A program made the translations under genes and the position numbers. Below the pieces are notes generated by a model. That model saw only the letters and a program-made list of their open reading frames with translations, ran no database searches and had not been told where the DNA came from. DNA of 64,000 nt, from assembly GCF_009914755.1 (NCBI RefSeq), contig NC_060928.1; one strand, 5' to 3'. This document shows, one piece after another, positions 44,881 to 58,706 of this stretch; position 1 is the first letter of the stretch; each line of letters begins with the position of its first letter. Origin of the DNA: the human T2T-CHM13v2.0 reference genome, Homo sapiens.

Positions 44881-45208
44881 ACTAGCTAAAATTATACTTC
44901 TCCTATGAGAACATACCTGTTGTCAGTGAGGAAAATGCACTCTGATATAGTTGAGGTTTACAAAGGCCATGATGTTCTCTGTGAATAACTGAGGCAGTGG
45001 TAAGCAGTTTATTTCAAAACCAGAATTGATTATATATATTGTTTGAAGAATTGTCAACCTTTATTAAATTTGCTTTTAATTTAAATTTGATCTTAATGTC
45101 AGCAGAAGACTAAATACTGTTTATATAACACATATGACATATTTTAGAAAATATTTAAATTTTGCATGGTGTTTGAATGAAATCCTAATCTGATATATTT
45201 ATGAAAGT

Positions 45209-45266
45209 GTTAAATACTAGTAAAACTAGTATTTAACTAGTAGTTAACTACTAGTAAAACTAGTAG
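45209..45266. repeat. Cluster of overlapping palindromes built from ACTAGT
   Basis: 13-bp perfect hairpin, 20-bp perfect palindrome and 8-bp hairpin. Confidence 0.9.
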
Positions 45267-46029
45267 CACAAAATTTTTAAAAGCCTAATATTATGTTGCC
45301 CTATTTTCAACTTCAGTGTAAGAACTCAATAGAAATTAGCAAGAAAAAGCTGTGTACTAGATTGACCTGAGGCTTTAGACTACCAGAAAAGAGGATAGCC
45401 ACCTAATGAAGACAAAAAACACATTCTGTTTAACTTCGAAGTAACAGTTAAATTTGGGTGGCATTTTATGACTTCCCACAGCCTAATTAAGAAGGGTCAT
45501 TAGGCTTTCAAAACACAATGTGACATTGAAATATGAATAATACATTTTTTTCTTGTTTAAATGACATTAACTTAACAAATGTTTTCCATCTTTAGTACCC
45601 ATTATGCTATATCCCCAAGGACCTCTAGTAAATTTAGGCATCACTTTCCAAATATTTCTTAACACAGATGTAAATATAGTCAAAGCACACTCAGAAGTTC
45701 AATGCAGGTTCCAATGACTTACTATGTTTTTGTGCACTGAACTCTTATTCCATTTTCCTGCAAACTGGTATGTATTGAGTACAGAGAACACTGTGTGTAA
45801 ACTCTTAGCTTCCTACTCTTTACATTTTTATAATTCTGTTTCTCTTTTCTACTAGGGTGTAATCTCTTTAAGAGACAATCCTGTGACTTTATTTTCCCAT
45901 GAATTTTATCCTACCACCTCATACAACGCCAATGTTTAATAGACATAATTTGAATGAATGAGTACATGAATGAATGAACAATTGTATACCTTGCCTAAAA
46001 ATAAAATTTGTTAGGAGAAAATAGAATAT

Positions 46030-46126
46030 ACATCTATCCTATTATCTATATAGATATCCTATCTATATCCTATTATATCCTATCTATATCCTATTATCTA
46101 TCTAGATAGATAGATAGATATCCTAT
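46030..46126. repeat. Compound (TATCC/TATC/GATA)n microsatellite
   Basis: Direct reading. Confidence 0.85.
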
Positions 46127-46199
46127 AAGAAAAATGTATATATTTGTAATGCCTAAATGAGTATATATGTATATTCAAATTTCTCTCTATATATTCATT

Positions 46200-46364
46200 T
46201 AGGGCTTAAAATTTATCCAATTTGAGAGATGCGCTTACTTAAGATCTATAATAAACAAAATTAATATGAAATTGATAGGGTCTTCTTAGTGTTGTGGAAG
46301 GAGTCCATGCAAGTGAGGGTCTCTGAACCTCAACTTTATTAATTTTATGCTAATTCTGCTTCTG
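46200..46364 (-). mobile_element. hAT-Tip100 terminal fragment (Arthur1/MER69-like)
   Basis: CCATGCAAGTGAGGGTCTCTGAACCTCAACTTTATTAATTTTATGCTAATTCTGCTTCTG resembles the recalled terminus. Confidence 0.45.
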
Positions 46365-47959
46365 CATTTGGTACTGAAGTAGTACAGAAGTCTTCTTAGT
46401 GGCTGGATTTTGAATCTTTAAGTCATCATTATCTGAGGCAACTCTCCTTGCTCTGGATGAACTCCAGAGAGATTACATCACAGGGTTTCATGGAGGAGAT
46501 AGGCCCTGAAGGAATTCTGTTTCCATTAAATGCAATAGAACTTACTTTGAGAATAATTTTAAAACTGTATAGGAACTATTGTCATTTTTAGGTATATTTC
46601 TTTAGTTGTCTTGCATACAATATAATTCATCTAATTATTTAATAGAGATATGCTGATTATTAAGATTAATCTGAGAGTCAACTTTATGGATACATATATA
46701 AAGTGTGAGGATGAAATAAGAGTGAGAGGTATATGCATAAATGTATGTATAGTCAGAGTGAGCCTGGGAGAGTTCAAATACACATATATGCCTTCTATTC
46801 ACTCAGTAGTGAGAATTATTTTTCCCAGCACACCTAGTCACCCTCACACAAAATGGTCTCACCTTCATTTACTTCAGGGCACAGCTGGTCATTTGAACTC
46901 CAAGGCCTAATATTACATCTGGGAAATCTGTTTTTTTTCCAGTTGGTTTCATCAGAGGTCTAAACCACCCAATCTCCATTCTTAATTCCTGTCTTGCTTA
47001 TATCCAATTTAATGACTGTCTGGATTCTGTTGCTGGCAAAAGGATGTTACAAATCCCAGTGGTCATTGGTGCAGGTTTTAGCCACAGCTATAGAGGCAAG
47101 AGAGGACTGGAAAGACTCGATTTGGCTGCTATTCATGCTATTTATATTGAAACTGTCTCATAAAGTCCGACAAGTGTATAACGGTTACTTCTGTTCACTG
47201 CCAGCCTGGCTGCTGATCCCATGTCGCACTGCTCTCAGGCTTCATACTTGAGCCCCCTGAGACTTTAGTTCTCTTGAATTTATTCATCATTCTGTAAACC
47301 AATTCCTCTCAGAGGTCAGCATATTAGGTTCGCCAGTGCTTGAGAAGTATGCTCTGATAGAGCAAGTATATATAAATACAAGGCTTAGCGGCCACCTAGG
47401 TCTAATAACTGCAGTGTAAATCAAGATATTTACAAGTTTTCTACCCGTGTTATATCTTTTCCAAATTTGTCATCCAAATTTGTCTAACTCTTCTGTGACA
47501 ATGATAGCATGTTAGTCAATTACTTTGAATTATCGGTGTCTTAAACTGTGAAAATAATCCCCTCTGTAAACCTCACACACAGATTCTGGTATCAGCATAA
47601 AAACTTAAAAAATTAAACACTTACTCATATCTCCAATCTTTTATCCATTGTCCTGTAACAGAGTTGTCATAAGTCATTTGGCATTTAAAACTTAACTTGG
47701 TCTAAACCAATGAAAGGCTCTGTTTAGTTGTTTTTGTTGTTTTTTTGTCCATGTGTTTATTTTTTTTTTCGTTTTTTCCACTGTTAATTCCAGGAAGCCA
47801 GGAGTGGGGCCTCATTCAAATTTGCATACCACAATTTATGGAATGAAAATGAATTTTATAAAATGCATGAATCCACTCTGGATGTTTGGTTTTTCAATAG
47901 AAAACATCTTTATTACTTTTGTGGATCATTTACAAGTAAAACAGTGTAGTGAAAAGCAT

Positions 47960-49115
47960 CCTGGATTTTAGATCAGTTTAGCACAACAAGCACAAAATGA
48001 GCTTGGACCATTTGTACTGTCAAAAGAGCTCAAAGGATGATGGAAAAAGCCCCAGAAGTCAGCTTGAATGGGGACTCACTGACTGAATAAAGAATAATTT
48101 GATCATCAAAGTAAATACTAATATTAATGAATTTAATCTATTAAATACAATAGCAAATAATGATCAATACAGATATAAAACAAGTAGATTGAAAGTTTGG
48201 TGAGCAATAGGATATTTATTGTTTCAAACTACTTCCTTACAAAAGATATGTTAATCACAAAGGGGTATGGCATAATTTAACGGTGGAAAAGCTTGGCTCA
48301 TATTGCCTTAAACAGTCAAAGCAAACATCATCAGCAAAGGGACAGATTAAAACCTGATGTTACTTGATAAGGCACAATAAGAAGACCATAGTACCACTTC
48401 TGTGATGTTACTGCTCAACACCTAAAACCCAAATCTAATCTAATCCAAATTGGAATACATTGTACCAAATAATTAGCTTATGATCTTAAAAATGTCAAGG
48501 TCATGGAAAGTAAGGAAAGACTAAGGAAACGTCACAGAGTTAAGAAATATAAAGTCATGGCAATTAATGCAATGTGATTGTGAACTGGATTTTTTTTTAT
48601 AAGCCATTATTGGGACATTGGAAGAAATTTGAATGTGATCTGAAGAATTAATGGTAATGAAGTATAAATGTTAATTCATGGTTTTGGTGGTATATGGTGA
48701 TTATATAGAATAATGGCCTTATTTGTAGGAAATATGCCTGAAAATATTGCAGGGTAATGAAGTATCATATTGACAACTTACTACCCAAAATATTCCGGGA
48801 GGAGCCCAGGAGTTTGAGACCAGCCTGGGCAACATAGTGAGACCCCATGTCTAAAAAAAAGATAAAGAAAAAAAATAGCCAGATATGGTGGCAGGTGCCT
48901 GTAGTCCCTGCTAGTGGCCAGGTTGGAGGGCCTGAGATGAGAGGATTGCTTGAGCCCAGGAGGTCCAGGCTGCAGTGAGCCATAGCCATAATCACATCAC
49001 TGCACTCCAGCCTGGGTGACAGAGTGAGACCTTGTCTCAAAAAAAAAAAAAAATGAACTTTTATTCCAAATTTAGTATAAGTGGGTAACATTTTGTCAAA
49101 ATAAAAAAGTTAAAA
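47960..49115 (+). mobile_element. Old L1M 3' end (L1MC4-like) containing an Alu
   Basis: AAAAATGTCAAGGTCATGGAAAG...CATTATTGGGACATTGGAAGAAATTTGAATG. Confidence 0.7.
48797..49053 (+). mobile_element. 5'-truncated AluJ
   Basis: Starts mid left arm; GAGGATTGCTTGAGCCCAGGAGGTC; A tail. Confidence 0.9.
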
Positions 49116-50568
49116 ACTAAAAAGTAATTTTAGCATGATGATGAATTTATGAGAAATTGCACTATATTATTTCTACAATCTTAACCTGCAAAGTACACAC
49201 ACACAAAAGCCTAAGACCAACCTTCAAAATAATGTGAAATTAATCATTGAATTTTTAAATATTAAAGAAAAAGATTTTAGAAAGTAGACACAAATTGCAG
49301 TAGGTACTATTGATTTCAGTAGGATGTAATTCCAGGAATATTACTTTCTCAGTGTGACTGTTGCTTCTTGGTCTCAGAAATTTTTATTTTTGCTATTATT
49401 TTTATATACTGGAATGTACTTTTTGGCATTTAGAGTACATATATTTAACTGGAAAAAAATATTATGAAAGATTCATACAGTTTGTGTTTATTGACCTCAT
49501 TAAAAACCTAAACTATAATTGGCAAATAGAAAATCCATCTGTTTTATAGAATGTAATAGATTTTGACTCTCAGACAGGGTAACTGAGTTATGTTTGGTAT
49601 TGATATACATTAGTACCCACTTGTTCTTTCTCCATTTTTATTAGGTTATTCTTTCAAAACAAGCTCTCTAATGTTAGTTGTAGGCGTTATGTAAAAATAT
49701 GATCTATTCACTTAGTTGCATATTACCATATTTTTCTTCTGGTAAGATAATGAAAATATGTTACTCATTAAACATTAATATCTTTTTTATTAAATCATGT
49801 AACTTGAGCTCTAAAATTGTATATGGGGTCTAATTATTAAGTTTAAGAGCTTGTAATAATTAAAATATTGAAGTATTGAACTATTACTTTATCATTTCTG
49901 TTCTTAATTAACTTTTGCCTGATTTTCAGACTTCTATTGAAGAGAATATTTCAAGAATATTTCATGTTTTAAGATAAAATAATTGCTTACAGGATTATTA
50001 CTTACTATTCACTGTGATCCAAGTTTAGCACACAATTTTCAAAGAAGATCATCAATTTAATCATCCATGAAAAGGGAGAGGACTCCAATACAATGACAGC
50101 TGGTGATTAAAATGTCAAAATCAGAAAAAGATACGATGAAAATCAACCAAAGGACTGTCAGATTATCAAACTATTTCCAAAGTTTGTCCTCCCTATGCAG
50201 AGCCAAGGTAGAGAAACCTTTCCATGGGGTGTGAAGGTCTGAGATATAACAACATGGAAGTACTGCCAGTAACTATAGATGCTGGGAGAAGGCCCACATC
50301 AAACTGAGTCCTCCCAGCATGCTATATAGGTTGCTTGCCAGTACACTGTTGAGTATAAATGCACTCAATTATTCTGGGCCAAGCTGGTGGAAATGTTTTC
50401 TGCTAATGGCGCACATGGACACTGATTTAAACAAACCCATATTAAACATACACGTTGGCAACTATAATACTTGAAGTGTATATTTTTCTGTGTATCAATG
50501 ATCATGTGAGCATGTAATAGGATCCTTCATTCACAAGTTCCTAAGTGAAAGAAAATATTGTTTATCTC

Positions 50569-50867
<299 letters not shown>

Positions 50868-51974
50868 TGTTTATCTCTCATTTTATAAAAGTCTTGCAAT
50901 GATAAGTAATTGTTTTTCCAAATATGACATACCAACTAAAGTACCGTCAACACACCATGAGTAAATCAGCCATAGCACAGCTGATATTATTTGTGTCATG
51001 TCTAGAGTCTCTTCCCTGGATTGAACATACTATTGACTTTTTGTGTGTTTTTTGTTTGTTTGTTTTTGGCTATAATTATCTCCTTTTCTTATTCTATATA
51101 TTCCTATTTTCTATATTCAAAAGAAGTGCAACTATTAATCTTGACCTTCGTTTTCTTGACCGTTCATTTTCTTTTCTCAAGTTTGATCTTGATTCTTTCC
51201 TTGTAATGCTTACAGAATGATAGAGAAAATAACTCAGAATTCCTAGAAAATAACTAATCTTTACTCATGTAGCTGTCAAATAAAATAGAACGTGATCCCT
51301 ACTTGTCACCTTGGAATGTGACAACACACCACACCACCAATTCATCACTACAACCATCAATCTGAAGGCTGATAAGATAGGAGAGGAGAAAAGAGAAGCA
51401 GTGTCTGAACAAGTCGTAATCAAGGTTGAGAGTCTTTGTTGAGACAGGCTTGAATTGGAAAGGTTATGATTTAGAAATGAGATAAGGTCTCTGACAAGAC
51501 ACAGGAAATTAGATGTCCCCATTGCAGGCAAAGATAGTCATCTGGAAAGCACAGTGGTAATAATTCAGACAAAAATGAAACTCAGGGAGGTCTAGTAAAA
51601 AAGTCGCAGTGAGTGACCTGACACTGGGAAATCGGGTACTCAAAAAAGAGGCTTAGTTATTAGAACTGGTAGATAAAGTAAGGATATGGTCACAGTAACA
51701 ATTTTGAGATGCACTTTATAAACCTAAACTCACTGTAGAAAAAATTAGCCATGCAGTTAATTAGATTGCGTTGCTTAAGCTTTTAAATTAGGTATTTTTT
51801 TCATTGTCTCTGGGATAAAATAAATTCTGATATCATGAGTGAAAGAGTGTAGAATAAGACTGCACATTAAACACAATGGAAGGAAACTACAGAAGCAGGG
51901 AAACATGTTGGTTATTATAGAGTTAATGTACTATTGCGTGTTGTTTGTGATCCTCTGAAAAGCGGTGAAATAGA

Positions 51975-52402
51975 TTTTTTTTTTTTTTTTGAGACAGAGT
52001 CTCACTCTGTTGCCCAGGCTGCAACCTCTGCCTCCCAGGTTCAAGTGATTCTTCTGCCACAGCCTCCCAGCTACAGGTACACACCACCACGCCCGGCTAA
52101 TTTTTGTATTTTTTTGGGAGAGAGGGACAGGGTCTCACTCTGTCACCCAGGCTGGAGTGCAGTGGCACTGTCTTGGCTCACTGCAACCCCTGCCTCCCGG
52201 GTTCAAGTGATTCTCTTGCCTCAGCCTCCTGAGTAGCTGGGATTACAGGCGCGTGCCACTACTGCCTGGCTAATGTTTGTATTTTTAGCAGAGACAGAGT
52301 TTCACCATGTTGGCCAGGCTGGTCTCGAACTCCTGACCTCGTGAACCGCCCACCGCCCTCCCAGAGTGCTGGGATTACAGGTGTGAGCCACTGCACTGGG
52401 CC
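51975..52402 (-). mobile_element. Three-monomer Alu (left arm, right arm, extra deleted right arm)
   Basis: One TSD pair GGTGAAATAGATTTT/GGTGAAATCGATTTT brackets 428 bp. Confidence 0.9.
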
Positions 52403-52539
52403 GGTGAAATCGATTTTCATCTTATGACTATCAAACAAGACCACGGAATTAATTTCTGTTGGAAACCTCATTCTTTCTATATTCTATCTGGATAAGGTAA
52501 ATTTTCAGTTTCTGTTTCCAAAAATAATACCATCTCTCT

Positions 52540-53340
52540 TTCTTTTTTTTCTAAATTCTCCTAGAACAAAACTGGTGAGTGCCCAAGTCACCCTTTTTCA
52601 TACCCAATATTCTCAAAAATATAGTCTATAATCTGAGTCTTCACTTCCTCAAGAACTTTGTGCAATTTAGTCTTATTTGGTCTCTCTGTAAGGTAATATT
52701 GAGCCCTCCTATTTTCTAAAGTGCATTCCTCTTGTGGCGTCAGATTTACACTTCTCTTCTGGGTTTTCTTTTATCGTGTCTCTCTGAACGGTCCTTCTCA
52801 GGCTTCTTTCCTTAACCTGCTCTTTGAATGTTTGTATCTCCTATGGTTACGTATTGAATCTTCTTTTTTATTTTATTTTATATGCTTTTCTTTTAAATAC
52901 ATCATTCACTTGTTTGTTTGAGAACCCATTTGTTCACTGAAGACATTTTCTGGTTTTTTTTTTTTTGCAGCTAATTTTCCACTGATGAACTCTCTTGAGC
53001 TTAATCAAATTCCTAACTACCAATTTATATCTTTGGTAGGACATTAATCAGAAAAATTCATAGATCCCACATGGAATTTGTTTTCTTCTGTGAAGAATTT
53101 GCTCCTCCTCATTATCTTCTTATACATCCTATGTTAATTAACAGCATCAACCACATAGTCATTTCCAAGAGTTAAACTTTAAGCGATTACCTTCAGTTAG
53201 TGCCTCTTCTTGAGGTTTCAGGTGTAATAAGTTAATATTTCACAACTGTGTCTAAATTGTATCTACTTGTTTGTTCTCATTACTACTGTCCTAGACCAGG
53301 TCATCATCATTTCATGGATCTTTCTTGTTGTTTCTAAAAC
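52540..53340 (+). mobile_element. Degraded L2 fragment
   Basis: Pyrimidine-rich L2-like sequence, e.g. ACTACTGTCCTAGACCAGGTCATCATCATTTC. Confidence 0.45.
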
Positions 53341-55765
53341 ACAAATGTTCTCCCACTTCAGATGCCCTGTTTTTAGAATAATTTAATTTTTTTGCCCAGT
53401 AACATAACCTGTATATCACAGGGGTCAGCAGTCTAATCAAAGTTGCTTTAATCTTAAAGCCTAAATTGAAATGCATATAATGTTCCATCTAACATTCAAG
53501 AAATTAAATTCTGCTCCATGTCTGCCCTCCTTCATTCTACTCCCATTATATTTGAGAGTATTCAGAATGAAGTGTCTCTATAGATCCAAGTAAAAATCTG
53601 GCTTGGTCTTTCCTATGTCTCTCCAGCACATAAGCTCTCTGTGATAATGCTAATATCATGATATGTTTTAATGGCAAAGACAGTCAGGTTGCTGTCTCTC
53701 TGTGTACATACATTAGTCAACTGATGGAGTGATGGAGAAATTCTGGTTTCAACATAGAGATGGTAAATATCTCCATTCTCCAACTTAGTGAGACGCTTTG
53801 ATAGCTTGATGTTGAAGTGACACTGCTTGTGACCTTAGTCTTACAAAAGTCTGAACATCAGCTTCTTTCCTCATAAATAAGTGTTCAAACAATAGAAAGA
53901 TTAACTCATCCACATGTTCCACTAAGACAAGTGGGGCTGAATTTTATTTTAAAAATTGCTTTATAGTTTTCTGTTTTTTGTTTTGTTTTGTTTTGTTTTA
54001 CCTTCCTTCTGTTTAACAAGATGGAAAGTGCTGAGTTTGCTTTCTGCTTGTTAGGTTTGTGGAATAATGGGTTGGTTTTATTTTAAATCTTGAGTCCATT
54101 GATATTAAGCAAAATGCTCCAAAAAGAAATATCAAGAGAAGAGGATGTGAGTATACTGGAAAGCAATATTTGGAGAAACTCAGTAGTTTCCGAGTAATGA
54201 AGGTAGAGATTAAGTCTGTCCTGTACATAGGAGATTAAAAAAAAAAAAAAAACATTTCCCCAGTCTATTGAGAAACAATGAGATGCCTATGGTTTTGCTT
54301 AGGACCAGACCCCAGTCCAGCTTCTCAGCAGTGTGCCAGGATATGTGACAGAGAGACAGATATTCTGGATGGAAATCGCTTGTAGTATGTCTGGGCCTTG
54401 TCCCAAAGTGGAATGAATATTTAATTTGAAGCAATGGGAATTTGAAAGATTAAGCACAAAGAGATGCTGAGGATGTCAGTGGAAGCCTTGGGCCCAATGA
54501 GACTAAGGATTATGACACAAACCTTTAACAGCTTGAAATAGGGCTACAAGCCCAGACCCGAAACCTAGGAGGAGGGGAGATCATGCTTTCTGTCATTATA
54601 GTAGGATGTGATCTCAGTCAGAGAGTAAACTGAATAATAGAAAACAAGTATTTATTCTGTATCTGAGTTTTGGACTCAATCAGACTTTATAACACGTAGA
54701 GGCTCATCAAGAATGGCTGAGTCTTTTGAACAGGAATGTTTCTGAACCAGTAATGGATTAAAACCCTTGGAACTCGAGTTCATTACCTTAGGAAAAAATG
54801 TAATTAAAGCTCTTGGAGAATTACTCCCAGTCGTCATTGCTGATTTCAGGTATATGAGAGGCCTATGAAGAGACTGAGCTTAAGAGAACATTGAAGATGA
54901 TTTTTAACCTCAGATGTGTAGAAACTGCAGAAAGAAGAGAGTGCAAAATGTCAGGTTGTTGTAGTCACTGAGGAGATTAAGTTTTCTGATACTCTGTAGA
55001 ATTCTTAGAAGGAAATGCATCAAAGCTGCCTTTCAAAGTCCCCTTTCTACTCTGAATTCTTAATAGCTACGACCTTTCGTTGGAACAGAGAAACATTCAG
55101 TAGAACCAGCATAGTTCCTTCCAAGTAGCATTATTGAAAGTGCTAATTCATTCATTGATGACATTTTGCATATTAGTGGTCACTCTTTCTGTGTCTCCAG
55201 CAACTAGGTAAAGGGATCACAGTACAATGACAAATGGGAATATCTCCTCAATATTCCATTCAAAAGAAACTTGCTGTTAGAAGACGAGACTATAATAAGT
55301 CAGCAAGAGAGGATACTACCTGACTAGAGAAGGGGAGCATTTTCACAACATTACAAATAATTTGGAAGAGAAAAAATGAGCCACCCTTTAACTCACTCAT
55401 GGACTTTCTAGTTTTGTACCTGTCTGGACCCAGTTGGAGCCCGGTTTTTTTTCTCTTTAATGGACAGCTGAGATTAAGTTTTTTTAAATGAAGTCATAGA
55501 GACCCCACCTGGTGAAGGTAGTAACTGAGTACATAGTGGGAACCTCTGGTTGGCTTCCTAATGATGACAAACTTGTTCAGGAGGCCAGCTCTCAATCAAC
55601 AGGACACAGTCTGAATGATGCATGTTTGCTCCGAGGAGCACAGGACATAATCAAAAATTCTGATTGGAGATTAAACCCACTTGTTCTGCCAAAGTGAAGT
55701 CCTCACAGAGCAGGCTAATAATTAAAGATGACTGAGTGTCTTATCAGGACTCAGAGGAAATTATT

Positions 55766-57937
55766 TGATATGGTTTGACTGTGTCCCCACCAAATGTCAT
55801 CTTGAATTGTAGCTTCCATAATTCCCACATGTTGTGGGAGGGACCTGATGTGAGGTAATTGAATCATGGGGGTGAGATTTTCCCTTCCTGTCCTCGTGAT
55901 AGTGAATAAGTTTCATGAGAGCTGATGGTTTTACAAATGGGAGTTCCCCTGCACAAGCTCTCTTGCCTGCTGCCATATAAGATGTGACTTTGCTCCTCAT
56001 TTGCTTTCTGCCATGATTGTGAGGCCTCTACAGCCATCTGGAACTGTGAGTCAATCAAACCTCTTTTCTTGTAAATTACCCAGTCTCAGGTATGTTTTTA
56101 TTAGCAGTGTGAGAACAGATTAATACAGTAAATTTGTACCCAGAATGGGGCACTGCTGTAAAGATACCTGAAAATGTGGAAGCAACTTTGGAACTGGGTA
56201 ATGGGCAGAGGTCAGAACAGTTTGGAGGACTCAGAAGAAGACAGGAAGATGAGGGAAAGTTTGGAATTTCCTAGAGACTTGTTTAATGGCTTTGACCAAA
56301 TGCTTCCCATCTCAGATGGAGATGAAGAATTGTTGGGAACTGCAATAATGGCAACTCTTGCTATATTTTAGCAAAGAGACTGAGACATTTTGCCCCTGCT
56401 TTAGATATCTGTGGAACTTTGAACTTGAGAGAGTTGATTTAGGGTATCAAAGATATCATCATACAAGTTTGGAAAATTTGCAGCCTAATGATGCAATAGA
56501 AATAAAAACCCATTTTCTTAGGAGAAATTCAAGCCGGCTGCAGAAATTCGTATTACTAATGAGGAGCCAAATGTTAATTGCCAAGACAATGGGGAAAACG
56601 TTTCCAGGGCATGTCAGAGACGTTCACAGCAGCCCCTCTAATCAAAGGCCTGGAGGTCTAGGAGGAAAAAATGGTTTTGTGGGCAGGGCTCAGGGCCCCC
56701 CTGCTGTGTGCAGCCTAGGGACTTGGTGCCCTGAGTTACCCAACTGCTCCAGCCATGGCTAAAATGGACTAAGGTAAAGCTCAGTCTGTAGCTTCAGAGG
56801 GTGGAAGCCCCAAGCCTTGAGCTTCCACATGGTGTTGAGCCTGTGGGTACATAGAAGTCAAGAATTAAGGTTTGGGAACCTCTGCCCAGATTTCAGAGGA
56901 TGTACAGGAACACTTGGATGTCCAGGAAGAAGTTTGCTGCAGGGGCAGTGTCCTCATAGAGAACATCTAGGGCAGTGCCGAAGGGAAATGTGGGGCTGGA
57001 GCCCCTACAGAGTCCTTGCTGGGGCACTGCCTACTGGAGCTGTGAGAAGAGAACCAGAGTGCTCCAGACCCTAGAATGGTAGAGCCACTGACAGACAGCT
57101 TTCATCATGCTCCTGGAAAAGCTACGAACACCAAACACCAACCCATGAAAGCAGCCAGGAGGCAGGCTGTACCCTGCAATGCCACAGGGGTGGAGCTGCC
57201 CAAGGCTATGGGAACACACCTCTTGCATCAGCATATGAGACATGGCGTCAAAGGAGATTATTTTGGAGCTTTAAGATTTGACTCCCCCACTGGATTTGCA
57301 TGTAGCCTTTAGCCTCTTCATTTTGGCCAATTTCTCCCATTTGGAATGGGGACATTTACCCAATTCTTGTATCTCCATTATATCTAGAAAGTAACTAACT
57401 TGCTTTTGATTTTACAGACTCATAGATGGAAGGTACTTGCATTGTCTCAGATGAAACTTTGGACTGTGGACTTTTGAGTTAATGCTGAAATGAGTTAAAA
57501 CTTTGGGGGACTGTTGGGAAGGCATGATTGAATTTTAAATGTGAGGACATAAGATTTGGGAGGTGCCAGGAGCAGAATGATATGATGTGGCTGTGTCTGC
57601 ACCAAAATTTCGTCTTGAATTGTAGCTCCCATAATCCCCACTTATCATGGGACCCAGTGGGAGGTAATTGAACCTTGAGGGTGGGTTTTTTTCTGTGCTG
57701 TTCTCATGATAGTGAATAAGTCTTGTGAGATCTCATGGTTTTATAAATGGGAGCTCTCCTGCACAAGTTCTCTTGCCTGCCACCATGTAAGATGTGACTT
57801 TGCTCCTCATTTGCCTTTTGCCATGATTGTGAAGCCTTGCTAGCCATGTGGAACTGTGAGTCAATTGAACCTCTTTCCTTTCTAAATTACCCAATCTCGG
57901 GTATGTCTTTATTAGCAGATGAGAACAGACTACTACA
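55766..57937 (+). mobile_element. Full-structure THE1B MaLR element (LTR 55766-56127, internal 56128-57577, LTR 57578-57937)
   Basis: Two ~360-bp direct LTRs, TGATATG...TAATACA/TACTACA; purine tract before the 3' LTR; 5-bp TSD TTATT/TTCTT. Confidence 0.95.
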
Positions 57938-57989
57938 TTCTTCCTATTCTTCTATTCTATCTCTGGTTGCCTAAAAAAGAGAGGAGTGT

Positions 57990-58370
57990 GATATATTGGC
58001 ACAGCATATTGATTAAGAGCATGGGCTCAGGACTGGGTGTGATGGCTTACACACTTTGGGAGGCTAAGGCAGGAGCTTTGCTTGAGTGTAGGAGTTCAAG
58101 ACCAGCTTGGCTGACAGAGTAAGACTCTGTCTCTAAAAATAAAAAAGGAGCATGGGCTATGGACACAGATCAGACTGCCTTCCTACTTCCTAGTGCTGGA
58201 CCTTGAAAAATCATGTAAACTCTCTATGCCTTAGTTTCTTATCTGATATAAAAAAGAATAATATTACCTTTATCATATAGAAAAATAGTGTAACAATTAA
58301 ATGGGATTACACATGGAAAAGGCTCAGAAGAGCACATGAGTACAAAGTGAACATTGAATATGATAGTATT
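57990..58370 (+). mobile_element. MIR interrupted by a FLAM
   Basis: GATTAAGAGCATGGGCT...AACTCTCTATGCCTTAGTTTCTTATCTG. Confidence 0.7.
58030..58146 (+). mobile_element. FLAM / free left Alu monomer
   Basis: Single monomer with A tail; TSD GAGCATGGGCT. Confidence 0.85.
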
Positions 58371-58706
58371 AGTATCCCCCATTGCCAGCTCCACCCTGCA
58401 TGCCAGGTGAGCACATTGAATAACTTACCCTGTGAACAGCCTCGACTTTCCATCCCAGATGATGCTGTACAAGTAGGATATAGTTTCCTAAATAACTCAT
58501 TTAATTAAGGAATATAGGTTACTCCTTCCACTTCAGGGTTAGGGGTGGGAGAGAAAGCATTCATTTTGGTTTTGAGGAAACGTGGATTTTACTAGGGGAT
58601 GAGCTGTCAAAATAACATTTTGAGACATTAATTCATTGTCCCCTCCTCAAGCAGGTTTCTCCCTTTCTCTCTTCCCCATTCAAACATGAAGCAGACAGGC
58701 TACTTT

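Noticed and set aside
51330-51368. Short resemblance to mitochondrial COI (TTCATCACTACAACCATCAAT)
   Set aside because: About 30 nt with several mismatches and no flanking similarity; not enough to call a NUMT
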